The notes below the pieces were generated by a model. It searched no databases and was not told the DNA's origin. It saw only the letters and a program-made list of their open reading frames with translations. Below, in pieces: positions 1 through 10,000 of a DNA stretch of 64,000 bases. A program made the translations under genes and the position numbers. Source of the stretch: Thermoplasmatota archaeon (lineage in GTDB: Archaea > Thermoplasmatota > JAKEGO01); the NCBI GenBank assembly GCA_028279595.1, contig JANQNK010000004.1:174993-238992 (forward strand), read 5' to 3'. Each line of letters opens with the position of its first letter. Position 1 is the first letter of the stretch.

Positions 1-996
1 CACCTGCTTCGAGCCGGGACCCACCACCGCGCTGACGTTCGGGTGGATCGTCCGGCCCTTCAGGAGCTCGGCAAATATCATCATGTCCCTGTAGGACGAG
101 TTCGTGCACGAGCCCATGCAGACCTGGTCGACGGCCATCTCGTTCGCGTCGGCGACCGTCATGATGTTCCCGGGGCTGTGCGGTGCAGCAGCAAGCGGTT
201 CGAGCGTGCTGAGATCGACCTGCACAACACGGTCGTACTCCGCGTCAGGGTCCGCTGCCATGGCGACCCACTGGTCGCCGCGGCCCTGCGCGTCGAGGAA
301 CTGCTTCGTAACGTCGTCGCTCGGGAAGATGGATGTCGTCACACCGCACTCGGCCCCCATGTTCGTGATTGTGGCGCGCTCCGGTACGGTGAGTGTGGCG
401 ATCCCCTCGCCGCCGTACTCGAAGACCGTCCCGACGTTCCCGTGCGTGGTGAAGGTCTCGAGGACCTTCAGGATGACGTCCTTCGCGCTCACCCAAGGCC
501 TAAGTTCGCCCGTGAGCTCGATCTTGACCACCTTCGGACAGGTGACGTTGAAATGTCCGCCCGCCATGGCGACGGCGACGTCGAGGCCCCCCGCTCCGAC
601 GGCGATCATGCCGATCCCGCCTCCAGTGGGCGTGTGACTGTCACTTCCGAGAAGCGTCCTTCCAGGACGGCCGAAGCGTTCCAGGTGTACCTGGTGGCAT
701 ATGCCGTTCCCGGCCCGCGAGTAGTATATCCCGAACTTCTTCGCCACGGACTGAAGGTACTTGTGGTCGTCGGCGTTCTCGTAGCCGATCTGGACGGTAT
801 TGTGGTCCACGTAGCTGACCGAAAGCTCGGTCTTGACCCTCGGTACCCCCATCGCCTCGAACTGGAGGTATGCCATGGTCCCGGTGGCGTCCTGGGTCAG
901 GGTCTGGTCGATCCTGATCCCTATCTCCTCTCCCTTTACGTACTCTCCTACAACTAGGTGCTCTTCCAATATCTTCTGCGTCAGGGTCTTGCCCAT
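1..996 (-). CDS. acn: Aconitate hydratase (5' part; runs off left edge)
   Basis: Not in the ORF track. Manual translation from ATG 996: MGKTLTQKILEEHL...IDQTLTQDATGTMAYLQFEAMG...DQVCMGSCTNSSYRDM, with aconitase QD and GSCTN motifs; AGAGGAGG RBS upstream. Confidence 0.9.
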   Translation of the reverse strand, partial: MGKTLTQKILEEHLVVGEYVKGEEIGIRIDQTLTQDATGTMAYLQFEAMGVPRVKTELSVSYVDHNTVQIGYENADDHKYLQSVAKKFGIYYSRAGNGICHQVHLERFGRPGRTLLGSDSHTPTGGGIGMIAVGAGGLDVAVAMAGGHFNVTCPKVVKIELTGELRPWVSAKDVILKVLETFTTHGNVGTVFEYGGEGIATLTVPERATITNMGAECGVTTSIFPSDDVTKQFLDAQGRGDQWVAMAADPDAEYDRVVQVDLSTLEPLAAAPHSPGNIMTVADANEMAVDQVCMGSCTNSSYRDMMIFAELLKGRTIHPNVSAVVGPGSKQV

Positions 997-1099
997 GATA
1001 TCCCTCCTCTGTGCCCCCTTTCGGGTGATACCCGGCCAGGGATGTCTCCCCTGGCTACGAGTTTGGATATTGATTGCGGGCTTGCCCTGTACGCCTATT

Positions 1100-2455
1100 T
1101 CAACTTTCTAGTTCGTCCAGGAAAGCCCCCGTCATCGCGGCGAACGTCTTGAAGTCGTCCGTCCAGTCGTACCTGCTGTCGTACTCCTTCCTGTGGGCCT
1201 TGTCGTAGCTCGACAGATACTTGTTGAGGTGCCTCTTCCACCTCTCCTTAGAGGCCAGCCGCTTGGTCTGGAGCTGGTTCGATATGTCGTACGAGACCAC
1301 GCCGTCCATGCTGTCGAATACGTCCTTGGCGAAGGTCTGGGCGGACTTTCTCGAGTCAGTGAGCAATGAAAGCAATATATCGTCCTGCCCCAGCGAGAAG
1401 GAGAGGTAGGTCGGGAAGACGTTCTCCTTGAGTCCATGGGTGATGAACTTGGACCTGATCGCCTGGTACTGGCTCGGATCGCCCCGAATGGAGACCAGGT
1501 ACCTGTACAGGTCGCTCGGATGGTCCTTCGGGAGCAGGAAGTACGTTGGTTGCAGGAGCGGCACGGTCCGCGTCTTGCGGACGTCGGCCAGAGTGTGGAC
1601 GTTGTTGACAAGGAAGTCCTTCAGGACCTCGAAGTTGTCCACCTCGAATATCACGTTGATGAACTCCTTGTTCTCCTGCTGTGACGCATACAATGGTGTT
1701 ACATGGTCGGTCTCGAACTTCTGGATGTTCTTCTCGACGTCGTTCCATAGCTGCGGCATGCCGGACTTGGCGAATAGCCTCACGATCACGGTGAATGGCG
1801 ACCGTTCCTTCAGGTATGCCTCGAACTCTGCCTTGTTCGCCATCCTGCCCTTCGTTCCGGCGGGCTTGGAATACCTGAACCTGTCCTTGTGCGCCTCGAG
1901 CTTGTTCTGGGGGAGTAGCGACAGGCTGTTGACGATCCTCGAAGTGTCGTATCCTACGACCCCGGGGATCTTGGATATCTTCCTCTCGACGAACCCGCGG
2001 GCCGTCTCCCTGTCCTTCGACAGGACCGAGAGGATGATGTCGTCGTCCCCGAACGAGTACGACAGGTAGGTCATGAAGGTGCTCTTCGTCCACTTGAGCT
2101 CGATGAGCTTGCTGTAGACGTCCCGGTAGTTCTCGGGATTGACCCTCAGGAAGACCAGGAACCGCTGGAGGTCCTTGGCGTGCTCCTTCGGCGGGGGGAA
2201 GTAGACAGGGCTCATTATCGGGATGGTCCTTGTGTCCCTGACGGCAGCCATCGTCTCGAGGTTCTTCAGGAATACCTGCTGGACGGAGTCCAGGCGCTTG
2301 ACCTTCAGAAGTATGCTGAGATATCTTTTTCCCTCCTGGCGGATAGCGTACAGGGGTTCTACGTCCTCCCAGTACAGGTTCCGCTTCTCGGCCTCGATCA
2401 CGCTGCAGAGATTGTTCAGACCACCCTTCGGAAAGAGCCTTACCATTACCAGCAT
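1100..2455 (-). CDS. Protein of tandem Lrp/AsnC ligand-binding (RAM)-like domains, internally duplicated, no HTH
   Basis: Two homologous halves (MVRLF..PLYA..VRDTRTIP..YLSYSFGDDDIILS / IVRLF..PLYA..VRKTRTVP..YLSFSLGQDDILLS); G-x-x-D-hydrophobic and 'IPGV..YDTS' patterns resemble AsnC C-terminal domains. Confidence 0.55.
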   Translation of the reverse strand: MLVMVRLFPKGGLNNLCSVIEAEKRNLYWEDVEPLYAIRQEGKRYLSILLKVKRLDSVQQVFLKNLETMAAVRDTRTIPIMSPVYFPPPKEHAKDLQRFLVFLRVNPENYRDVYSKLIELKWTKSTFMTYLSYSFGDDDIILSVLSKDRETARGFVERKISKIPGVVGYDTSRIVNSLSLLPQNKLEAHKDRFRYSKPAGTKGRMANKAEFEAYLKERSPFTVIVRLFAKSGMPQLWNDVEKNIQKFETDHVTPLYASQQENKEFINVIFEVDNFEVLKDFLVNNVHTLADVRKTRTVPLLQPTYFLLPKDHPSDLYRYLVSIRGDPSQYQAIRSKFITHGLKENVFPTYLSFSLGQDDILLSLLTDSRKSAQTFAKDVFDSMDGVVSYDISNQLQTKRLASKERWKRHLNKYLSSYDKAHRKEYDSRYDWTDDFKTFAAMTGAFLDELES

Positions 2456-2669
2456 TCTATACCCCCCCTGGGGATTCCCCGAATGAGTCGAATGCTATAA
2501 AAATCTTATTCTGTTTATAGGGCTCGATTTCGATAATCGCATTAATTTTACCGCGAAGATGTGAAAAAGAGAATGTGCAGGCCCGTCGTTTCCAAGTTTT
2601 CGTCAATCGAGTGCGGTGGAATCAAAAACAGATATATATCGCTCTCCCATTTGGGACGGGGGAATTCAG

Positions 2670-3836
2670 TTGAAGATACACGAGTATCAGGCGAAGGAGC
2701 TTTTCAGGAAATACAGCATTCCCGTGCCGGACGGCAGGATAGCGACGACTGCCGCCGAGGCGCGCGCGATAGCCGAGGAGATAGGCGGACGGGTCATAGT
2801 AAAGGCACAGATACATGCTGGAGGACGCGGAAAGGGGGGCGGTGTGAAGCTTGCCGCCGACGCGAACGAGGCCGAATCGCTTGCGGACCAGATCCTCGGG
2901 ATGACACTCGTGACCCACCAGACCGGTCCCGATGGGAAGGTCGTGGGAAAGGTGCTCGTCGAGGCTGCGTCGAACATCGAGAGCGAGATGTACATCGCGT
3001 TCGTTCTCGACAGGGAGACGTCGCAGCTCGTGATAATCGCTTCCTCCGAGGGTGGCGTCGAGATCGAGAAGGTGGCAGCCGAGACCCCCGAGAAGATATT
3101 CAAGACCTGGGTGGACCCATCGGTAGGGCTCATGTCATACCAGGCCAGGGAGGTCTGCTTCGCCCTCGGGCTGAAGGGCCAGGCATTCAAGGACGGCGTC
3201 AAGGCCATAACGAACCTTTACAGGTTGTACGAAGGTGAGGACGCGACGCTTGCCGAGATCAATCCGTTCATAGTTACATCGGAAGGGAACGCCATGGCGA
3301 TCGACGCCAAGGTGAACCTGGACGACGACGCGGGATACAGACAGGCGGATCATGCCGAGCTCCGGGACCTCACGGAGGAGGAGCCGCTCGAGACCGAGGC
3401 GAAGAAGTTCGGACTGAACTACATCAAGCTCGACGGTTCGGTTGGATGCATGGTCAACGGCGCCGGGCTGGCAATGGCCACCATGGACCTCATCAAGCTC
3501 TGCGGGTCCGAGCCGGCGAACTTCCTGGACGTCGGAGGAGGGGCCTCCGCGGAGGGGGTCGAGAACGCGTTCAAGATACTCATGAGCGACGAGAACGTGA
3601 AATGCGTACTGATCAACATATTCGGCGGCATCGTAAGGTGCGACCGCGTCGCACAGGGGGTCGTCGAGGCGATCAGGAACATCGGCCAGATCGATGTCCC
3701 GATCGTCGTCAGGCTGGAGGGAACGAACGCAGCGGAGGGACAGGCCATACTTGAGGAGTCCGGACTGGACTTCCATACCGTTGTCGGGTTCCAGGCAGCG
3801 GCTCAAAAGGCCGCCGACCTAGCGGGAGGTGACTGA
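2670..3836 (+). CDS. sucC: Succinyl-CoA synthetase beta subunit
   Basis: [56 protein letters not shown]; TTG start at 2670 after a TATA-like GATATATA. Confidence 0.97.
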   Translation: MKIHEYQAKELFRKYSIPVPDGRIATTAAEARAIAEEIGGRVIVKAQIHAGGRGKGGGVKLAADANEAESLADQILGMTLVTHQTGPDGKVVGKVLVEAASNIESEMYIAFVLDRETSQLVIIASSEGGVEIEKVAAETPEKIFKTWVDPSVGLMSYQAREVCFALGLKGQAFKDGVKAITNLYRLYEGEDATLAEINPFIVTSEGNAMAIDAKVNLDDDAGYRQADHAELRDLTEEEPLETEAKKFGLNYIKLDGSVGCMVNGAGLAMATMDLIKLCGSEPANFLDVGGGASAEGVENAFKILMSDENVKCVLINIFGGIVRCDRVAQGVVEAIRNIGQIDVPIVVRLEGTNAAEGQAILEESGLDFHTVVGFQAAAQKAADLAGGD

Positions 3837-3837
3837 G

Positions 3838-4710
3838 ATGGCCATACTGCTAACGGACGACACGAAGGCGATAGTCCAGGGCCTGGGAAAGGAGGGCCAG
3901 TTCCACACCGAGAGGATGCTCGATTACGGGACGAAGCTCGTAGGCGGAGTACGCCCCGGCAAGGCTGGCGAGGACTGCCTCGGCCTGCCCGCGTTCAACA
4001 CTGTGAACGACGCCGTCGATGCGACCGGCGCGAATGCGTCGATCATCTTCGTCCCCGCGCGGTTCGCAAAGGACGCCGCCATCGAGGCCATCGACGCCGA
4101 ACTGGACCTGGTGGTATTGATAACCGAGGGGATTCCGCCGATCGATATGATCAAGGTCAAGGACAAGCTGAAGCGGTCCGAGACCCACTTGATAGGACCC
4201 AACTGCCCCGGGATAATCACCCCTGGCGTCGGCAAGCTCGGTATCCTGCCCGTGGAGATCCATACACCCGGAGTCGCCGGGGTCATCTCGCGCTCGGGCA
4301 CCCTGACCTACGAGGTCGCGGCCCAGCTGACGGCAGAGGGCATCGGACAGTCGACCTGTATGGGCATAGGCGGGGATCCGATAATCGGGACCAAGCACCG
4401 GGACGCATTGGAGCTCTTCAACGACGACCCTGACACAGAGATCGTCATATTGATCGGAGAGATAGGAGGCACCGACGAGGAGCTCGCGGCCGAGTTCATC
4501 CGGAACCACATGACGAAGCCAGTGGTCGCGTTCATCGCCGGAAGCACTGCGCCGCCAGGCAAGAGGATGGGCCACGCCGGAGCCATCATCGCCGGAGGCA
4601 AGGGCACTGCTGCAGAGAAGAAGGCTGCCTTGAGTGATGCTGGTGCAACGGTCTGCGATTCTCCTGCCGATGTCGGGGCAACCGCTAAGAAGGTCCTCGA
4701 CGGTCTTTGA
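3838..4710 (+). CDS. sucD: Succinyl-CoA synthetase alpha subunit
   Basis: [26 protein letters not shown], phospho-His motif RMGHAGA; directly after sucC. Confidence 0.97.
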   Translation: MAILLTDDTKAIVQGLGKEGQFHTERMLDYGTKLVGGVRPGKAGEDCLGLPAFNTVNDAVDATGANASIIFVPARFAKDAAIEAIDAELDLVVLITEGIPPIDMIKVKDKLKRSETHLIGPNCPGIITPGVGKLGILPVEIHTPGVAGVISRSGTLTYEVAAQLTAEGIGQSTCMGIGGDPIIGTKHRDALELFNDDPDTEIVILIGEIGGTDEELAAEFIRNHMTKPVVAFIAGSTAPPGKRMGHAGAIIAGGKGTAAEKKAALSDAGATVCDSPADVGATAKKVLDGL

Positions 4711-4714
4711 GGTC

Positions 4715-5029
4715 ATGTCAAGGATCGCCATAGCCTGCTACAGACCCAACGAAGGTTCTGAGAAGGAACTCATCGAACTGGTCAGAGTGCATTATCCATT
4801 GCTCAGGTCCCAGGACCTGGTCACGGACAGGGAACCCACCCTGATGAAGGCAGGGGACGGGACCATCCTCGAAGTGTTCGAATGGATAGGTGTCGAGGAA
4901 AAGGACATGGCCCACAGCAATAAGGAGGTCATGGCCCTTTGGAACAGGTTCGACGAGATCTCGGAGAGCGTTCCATTGCTGGACCTGGCCGAGGCTAAGC
5001 ACAAGTACGCCAACTTCCAACCGTTGTGA
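4715..5029 (+). CDS. Hypothetical protein, ABM/dimeric alpha-beta barrel-like
   Basis: ATG 4 nt after the sucD stop; IACYRP...LEVFEW...AH pattern. Confidence 0.55.
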   Translation: MSRIAIACYRPNEGSEKELIELVRVHYPLLRSQDLVTDREPTLMKAGDGTILEVFEWIGVEEKDMAHSNKEVMALWNRFDEISESVPLLDLAEAKHKYANFQPL

Positions 5030-5033
5030 CGGA

Positions 5034-5348
5034 TCAGGACTCGTCCGGGGTATCTCCCTCGGCGGCTTCCTCGCCGCCCTCACCCTCGGCTTCGCCCTCG
5101 CCCTCTTCTCCCTCATCGGCCTCCTCGTCCTCGCCGGAGGCGGCCGCTTCCGCGGCTCTCTGCGCTTCGAGCGCTGCGAGCCTCGCCTTCTCCTTCTCCT
5201 CCTGCTCGTGGAGGGCTTTCTGTTCCGCAATGGCCTCCCTGGCATGGGCCGCGCTAGCCTTGGTCCTTCCACACTTCTTGCAGAATCCGGCATAGTTCAG
5301 GAACCGCATCGTCCCACAGAGCTCGCATCGACCGTACGCCTTTGCCAT
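5034..5348 (-). CDS. Small Zn-finger protein with helical middle and acidic tail
   Basis: MAKAYGRCELCG-x9-CKKCG, then an Ala/Glu helix and Glu/Gly/Asp tail; GGTG RBS and TATAAA box upstream. Confidence 0.7.
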   Translation of the reverse strand: MAKAYGRCELCGTMRFLNYAGFCKKCGRTKASAAHAREAIAEQKALHEQEEKEKARLAALEAQRAAEAAASGEDEEADEGEEGEGEAEGEGGEEAAEGDTPDES

Positions 5349-5468
5349 ACGTGAACACCTACCGAGGGAAGGCGATAACGCCTGTCCGTCAATCCACGCC
5401 ATTACACCCTCTCCTATTTATACGCATCGAGCAGAAAAAACCATGAATACAGCCAAGCCAGCACTCCC

Positions 5469-5506
5469 GAGGCGCGTTGACCCCTGACTCGGCCAGGGTC
5501 GAACGC
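5469..5506 (+). repeat. Dispersed hairpin repeat, copy A
   Basis: GAGGCGCGTTG-ACCCCTGACTCGGCCAGGGT-CGAACGC; same flanks and 20-nt core length as copies at 42684 and 47172. Confidence 0.6.
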
Positions 5507-5554
5507 CCCCGAAACCGTTTTATCGATTCCTGCTGTTAGACAACAGGGGATAGG

Positions 5555-6085
5555 ATGAAGGTCACGTTCGAAGGGATAGACATCGAGATAGTCCAGGGTA
5601 ATATCGTCGCGCAGCCCGACCTGGACACGATCGTGAATGCCGCGAATGCGCAGCTCCGGATGGGCGGAGGCGTCGCCGGCGCGATCCATCGTGCCGCGGG
5701 ATCAGGGCTGGAGCAGGAGTGCAGGCCGCTAGCGCCGATAACCCCCGGAGAAGCGGTGATAACGAGCGGCCACGATCTTCCGAACGCCCATGTGATTCAC
5801 TGTCTGGGGCCGATCTACGGTCGGGACAAGCCTTCCGATGTTCTGTTGGCAGATTGTTACAGGAACGCGCTGAAAGTCGCCGACGAAAATGAGGTCGAAT
5901 CCATAGGGTTCCCGGCGATCTCGACCGGGGCATTCGGCTATCCGCTCGAGGAGGCAGCGGAGGTAGCTCTAAGGGCTGTCAAACAGACCGTGCCGAACCT
6001 GAGCAAGGTCAAGACCATCAGGTTCGTCCTCTACGGAGATGACGTCCAACAGGTGCACGAACGGGCCATGGACAATATCTTCTGA
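5555..6085 (+). CDS. Macro domain protein (O-acetyl-ADP-ribose deacetylase, YmdB-like)
   Basis: IVNAAN..L..GGGVAGAIHRAAG, VIHCLGP, FPAISTGAFGYP. Confidence 0.93.
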   Translation: MKVTFEGIDIEIVQGNIVAQPDLDTIVNAANAQLRMGGGVAGAIHRAAGSGLEQECRPLAPITPGEAVITSGHDLPNAHVIHCLGPIYGRDKPSDVLLADCYRNALKVADENEVESIGFPAISTGAFGYPLEEAAEVALRAVKQTVPNLSKVKTIRFVLYGDDVQQVHERAMDNIF

Positions 6086-6096
6086 AAAATGGGTGG

Positions 6097-6115
6097 GAGG
6101 GGGTTGACCCCCCTC
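6097..6115. terminator. Short GC hairpin between convergent genes
   Basis: GAGGGGG-TTGAC-CCCCCTC between the Macro and MerR stop codons. Confidence 0.35.
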
Positions 6116-6959
6116 ACTCGACGGGTATCTGGATCTCGGAGAGCAGCTCCGATTCCGGAACTTCCTTCGGGTCGTTCAGGAAGAGCTCGCGGCTCGGGCC
6201 GTTCATCTTCAATCCCTCTCGGCTGATGTACTCCATCACGGCGGCGAATGCGGGTCCGACCTCCTCGTATGGACCCTTGTACAGGTACGAGACCATGCGA
6301 CCACCGTCGAGGGTTTTGACCTCGTATCCCTCGCCTACGGTCACGTTCCCAGCGATCGGGATCGCGATCTCGATGTCGGCGTCCTCCGCCTTCTCCTCGT
6401 CGTCGTGGCAGATGAACATCGGCGGACCGGTCACGCGGACCTGGGCCCTCTGGTTCTCGGGACTGAAGAGCATCCCGAAGGACTGCTTCATCAGACGCGG
6501 GATCGTCTCCTCGTAGGTCCCGATCTCCCTTATGCTCACGACTCTCTGGCTTGGCACTTCCTTTATGCAGGGTTCGTTCTTCTCCATGTTCAATACCTCC
6601 AAGAAGCTCCTCCGGAGCAACGATCCCCTTATCTTCTCGAGCCGGGCGATGTCGCCATCGATGGCCTCGATCCGTTCCAGTAGCAACTCGTTCAGCCGTT
6701 CCTCGCGCCTCTCCTCGGGGCACTCCTCGAGGATGTCCATTATCTCCTTCATCTCAGGGATTCCGAAGCCGAGGTTCGCCAGCCGCTTGATGCGGATACC
6801 CTTCGCCATCTGCGAGAACGAGTAGAGCCTGTACCCGGTTATCTCTCGCTTGATCGGGTGCAGCAGACCCTTCTCGTCGTACAACCGCAGGGCGCGCTTC
6901 GTGAGCCGTGTCACGACGGAGAACGTTCCGATACCGATGCTCCTGTCATCGTCCGACAT
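6114..6959 (-). CDS. MerR family regulator with GyrI-like effector domain (BmrR/BltR-like)
   Basis: IGTFS..TRLTKRALRLYDEKGLL..TGYRLYS HTH; C-terminal YKGPYEEV..GPSRELFL..EIQIPV. Confidence 0.92.
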   Translation of the reverse strand: MSDDDRSIGIGTFSVVTRLTKRALRLYDEKGLLHPIKREITGYRLYSFSQMAKGIRIKRLANLGFGIPEMKEIMDILEECPEERREERLNELLLERIEAIDGDIARLEKIRGSLLRRSFLEVLNMEKNEPCIKEVPSQRVVSIREIGTYEETIPRLMKQSFGMLFSPENQRAQVRVTGPPMFICHDDEEKAEDADIEIAIPIAGNVTVGEGYEVKTLDGGRMVSYLYKGPYEEVGPAFAAVMEYISREGLKMNGPSRELFLNDPKEVPESELLSEIQIPVE

Positions 6960-7032
6960 GGGGACCGGATAGCGATTATGGCTCTTATACTTTAATCGCC
7001 GGAGTCTGACGCGGGTGAGGTTCTGACTCGGG

Positions 7033-10000
7033 TCAAGGTTCCTTTTGGTCCTCCGGGTCCTCGTCCCCCTCCTTCATCTCGTCATCAGGCCCTGATTTCG
7101 GCTCTTGATCTTCGGATCCCTCCTCGGGTTCGGGATCCTCCTTGACCTCCTCCTCGGGCTCTGGTTCAGGCTCCTGTTCCTCGGAATCGGGGTCATCGGT
7201 CTCGGGTTCCTCGTCGTCCTCTGGTTCAGATCCCTCTGGCTCCTCTGAAGGTTCCTTTGTCCAAAACGGCCGTCCGAGCATCTGATTGAGAAGGATGATC
7301 AGGAGCAGTATTATCACGATGATGAGCAGGATCGTGTTGGGGTCGCCTCCATCATCGTCGTCGTCCGAGACTCCAGCGATGTCATCGCTCATTGCCTCGA
7401 TCGCATCGTCAAGGTCCTCGAGCTCGGTCAAGATGGTTTCGACGTTGGAGATCCCCGCTAGGCTTGTGTTGATCTCGTCCAGGCGAGTCTCGATCTCGGC
7501 TTCGAGAGCGCCGATGGATGCCATGATGCTCGTGATGTTGGCGTCCGTTTCGGCGAATCCAGTGGACATATCGCCAAGGACGATGCTGATGTTGGTGAGT
7601 GATTCGGTGTCGAGCGAGTCGAGCAGCGACGACAGGGTTGCAATGTCCGAAAGAAGGTCAGCGCTGACGTTCCCCTGGTCCTCGGCATGTTGCTCGAGAT
7701 CGGCCGCGAGGGCGGTCAAGGAAGTGTCCAGATCGGCGTAGGAGGAGGTCAGTAGAGTGTCCAGGTCACCGAGTGCCTGATGCAAAGACATGTTGGCCGA
7801 GCTGAGGTTCTGCTCGAGTTGTCCAAGGACCGTTTCCAGCCAAAGTTGGAGATCGGCCTGACCCGAGACGTTCAGGGAAGCGATCTCGGCCGCAAGCGAG
7901 TTGTTCATCATGGCCATGAACGCTGTCAGATTGACCTCGGTCTGAGCCAATCGTGAACTGATCGAGCTGCCAACAACGTCTATGTCAGTGGACAGGCCGT
8001 CGAGCAGGCCAGTGAGGGAAGTATTCAGGCCGCCGAGGGCGGCATCAAGGTCGGATATGCTGGCATCGACGACGTCAAGTCTTGACACGACGGTCGTCAG
8101 GTTCCCCAGGATCTCTCCAAGGTCCATTCCGACGCTCGCGTTCATCCCCTCGATGTATGTGCGGAGGTCGAGTATGGTCTGGTTCAGGTACGCGAGCTGG
8201 TCGTCGATGTCCTGGAGCTCGTCGGCGCGTCCCTTCTTCGTCACCTCGAAGTAGGTCCAGTTCGTGGAGTTCCATATCAACGATGTGCCGTTGTATCCGA
8301 ACGCCTCGACGGTTACGTTATACATCCCGAGGGGGGCGTGGCTGTATATTGGCAATCCGATGATGTGGGTCGTGTTGATGGAAAGACCGCTCTTGTGGGC
8401 CTCGAGGGTCGTTCCGTTCGGGTCGGTGTAGCTGACGACGAGCTCGAGGTTGTCGTAGGACGGTGCTGCGACCGTCCCGATGGTGATGGTGGCGGTGTCG
8501 TCCGGCTTGTACGTGGAGCGAAGTGCATCTACGAGGAGGTAGTCTCCGGCCATGACCTGATTGTTCACGTACAGATCGATCGATACGGAGACGATCCCGC
8601 CGATGTCGAGAACGGCATCGACGCGCAACGGCACCTTCGAGTCCTCGGTGAACCCAGAGGTGTTGACAAGATACCGATACGGGGATACGGGGTCGGATCC
8701 GACGTATGTTCCGTCGAGGTAGAGCCGGACCTCGCTAACCGCCCAGGTGGTCACCACTTCGAACACTTCCATTCCTTCGATGTAATCTCCGTTCGAATGG
8801 CTCGTGATGGCGATCTTGCCGCTGGGAGGTTCGTCCAGTTTGAGGACGAGTGGATAGACGTCCTGCCCGCCATGGAACACATATGGCGTGTCGCCGATGG
8901 TGTCGCCGCCGCTGATGTCCTGGTCTGGCCCTGAAAGATAGTCGCCGCCGGGATAATCGTCCCAGTGGTTGCCGCCGCTCGGATATGAGAGGTTCCAGAT
9001 GTTCCGGGCGGTCTGATAAGCGCCGATAGCGTTGTCGAAGAATTCGTTGTGATATACCATATTTCCGGATTGGTTCAAGAACTGGATGCCGATGTCGTTG
9101 TCCCTGATCTCGTTGTAAATGATCGTGTTCTCTCCAACGTCGGGACCCCACATACAGATCTCATAGTCGCCATCCTCGAATCTGCCCCATACTATCTGGC
9201 CGGCGTTGTTGATCCTTGGCGATTGGTCGGAAAGATTGTTGTCTGTCAATTGTTCGACCCTGGATCCCCTCCATAGGAAGATCTCCCAGCCATCTCCGTC
9301 ATTTCCCATCCACACGATCTCCCCGGCCGAATTGATCTTGGGACTGGCGTCAATGAAGGTATTATCGGATATCTGTTTGACCTTCTTCCCGTTCCAGAAG
9401 TATATCTCAAGGTCGGAACCGTCCGAACCATACCACGTGATCTCGCCAGCATCGTTCAAACTTGGATTATAACCGCCTCCGGTGCCGTCCGTCACCTGGA
9501 TGACCGCGGAACCGTTCCAGAAGAAGATCTGATCATAGTTCCCATCAGAGGCCTGCCATACGACCTGCCCGGCATCGTTGATCCGATGATTGATCTCGGC
9601 AAATGAGTCGTTCGTTAGCTGTAGGGTCCCCGTTCCGTTCCACAGGAAGAGATCGGTATTGTTACCGGACCTACTGGACCAAACAATATCCCCGGCCGAG
9701 TTGATCTGTGGATCCGTATCGTGACGACTGTTGTTGCTGACGTTTGTCACCGATATTCCATCCCAGAAATAGATCTCTTCGTCATTTCCATCATTACCGA
9801 CCCAGGCGACCTCGCCCGCTGAGTTGATCTGGGGTCGCGAGTCATTGTACGGGTTGGCGGAGATGTTCTGGGTGTTTTCGCCATCCCAGACGTATATATC
9901 GTAATCGTAGCCGTTCCACTTAACCCATAGGACCTCCCCCCTCGCATTGATCTGAGGTGGAGAATCGGTCTGGACGCCAACGAGAGGGTCAGCCGTTGAG

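Noticed and set aside
43-957. 304-aa plus-strand ORF and the many other long antisense or alternate-frame ORFs in the track
   Set aside because: Shadow ORFs of GC-rich genes; here the minus strand encodes aconitase with clear motifs.
7008-7042. Possible fifth copy of the hairpin repeat (shares GACGCG and CTGACTCGG)
   Set aside because: Lacks the GCGTTG and AGCGC flanks and the stem pairing.
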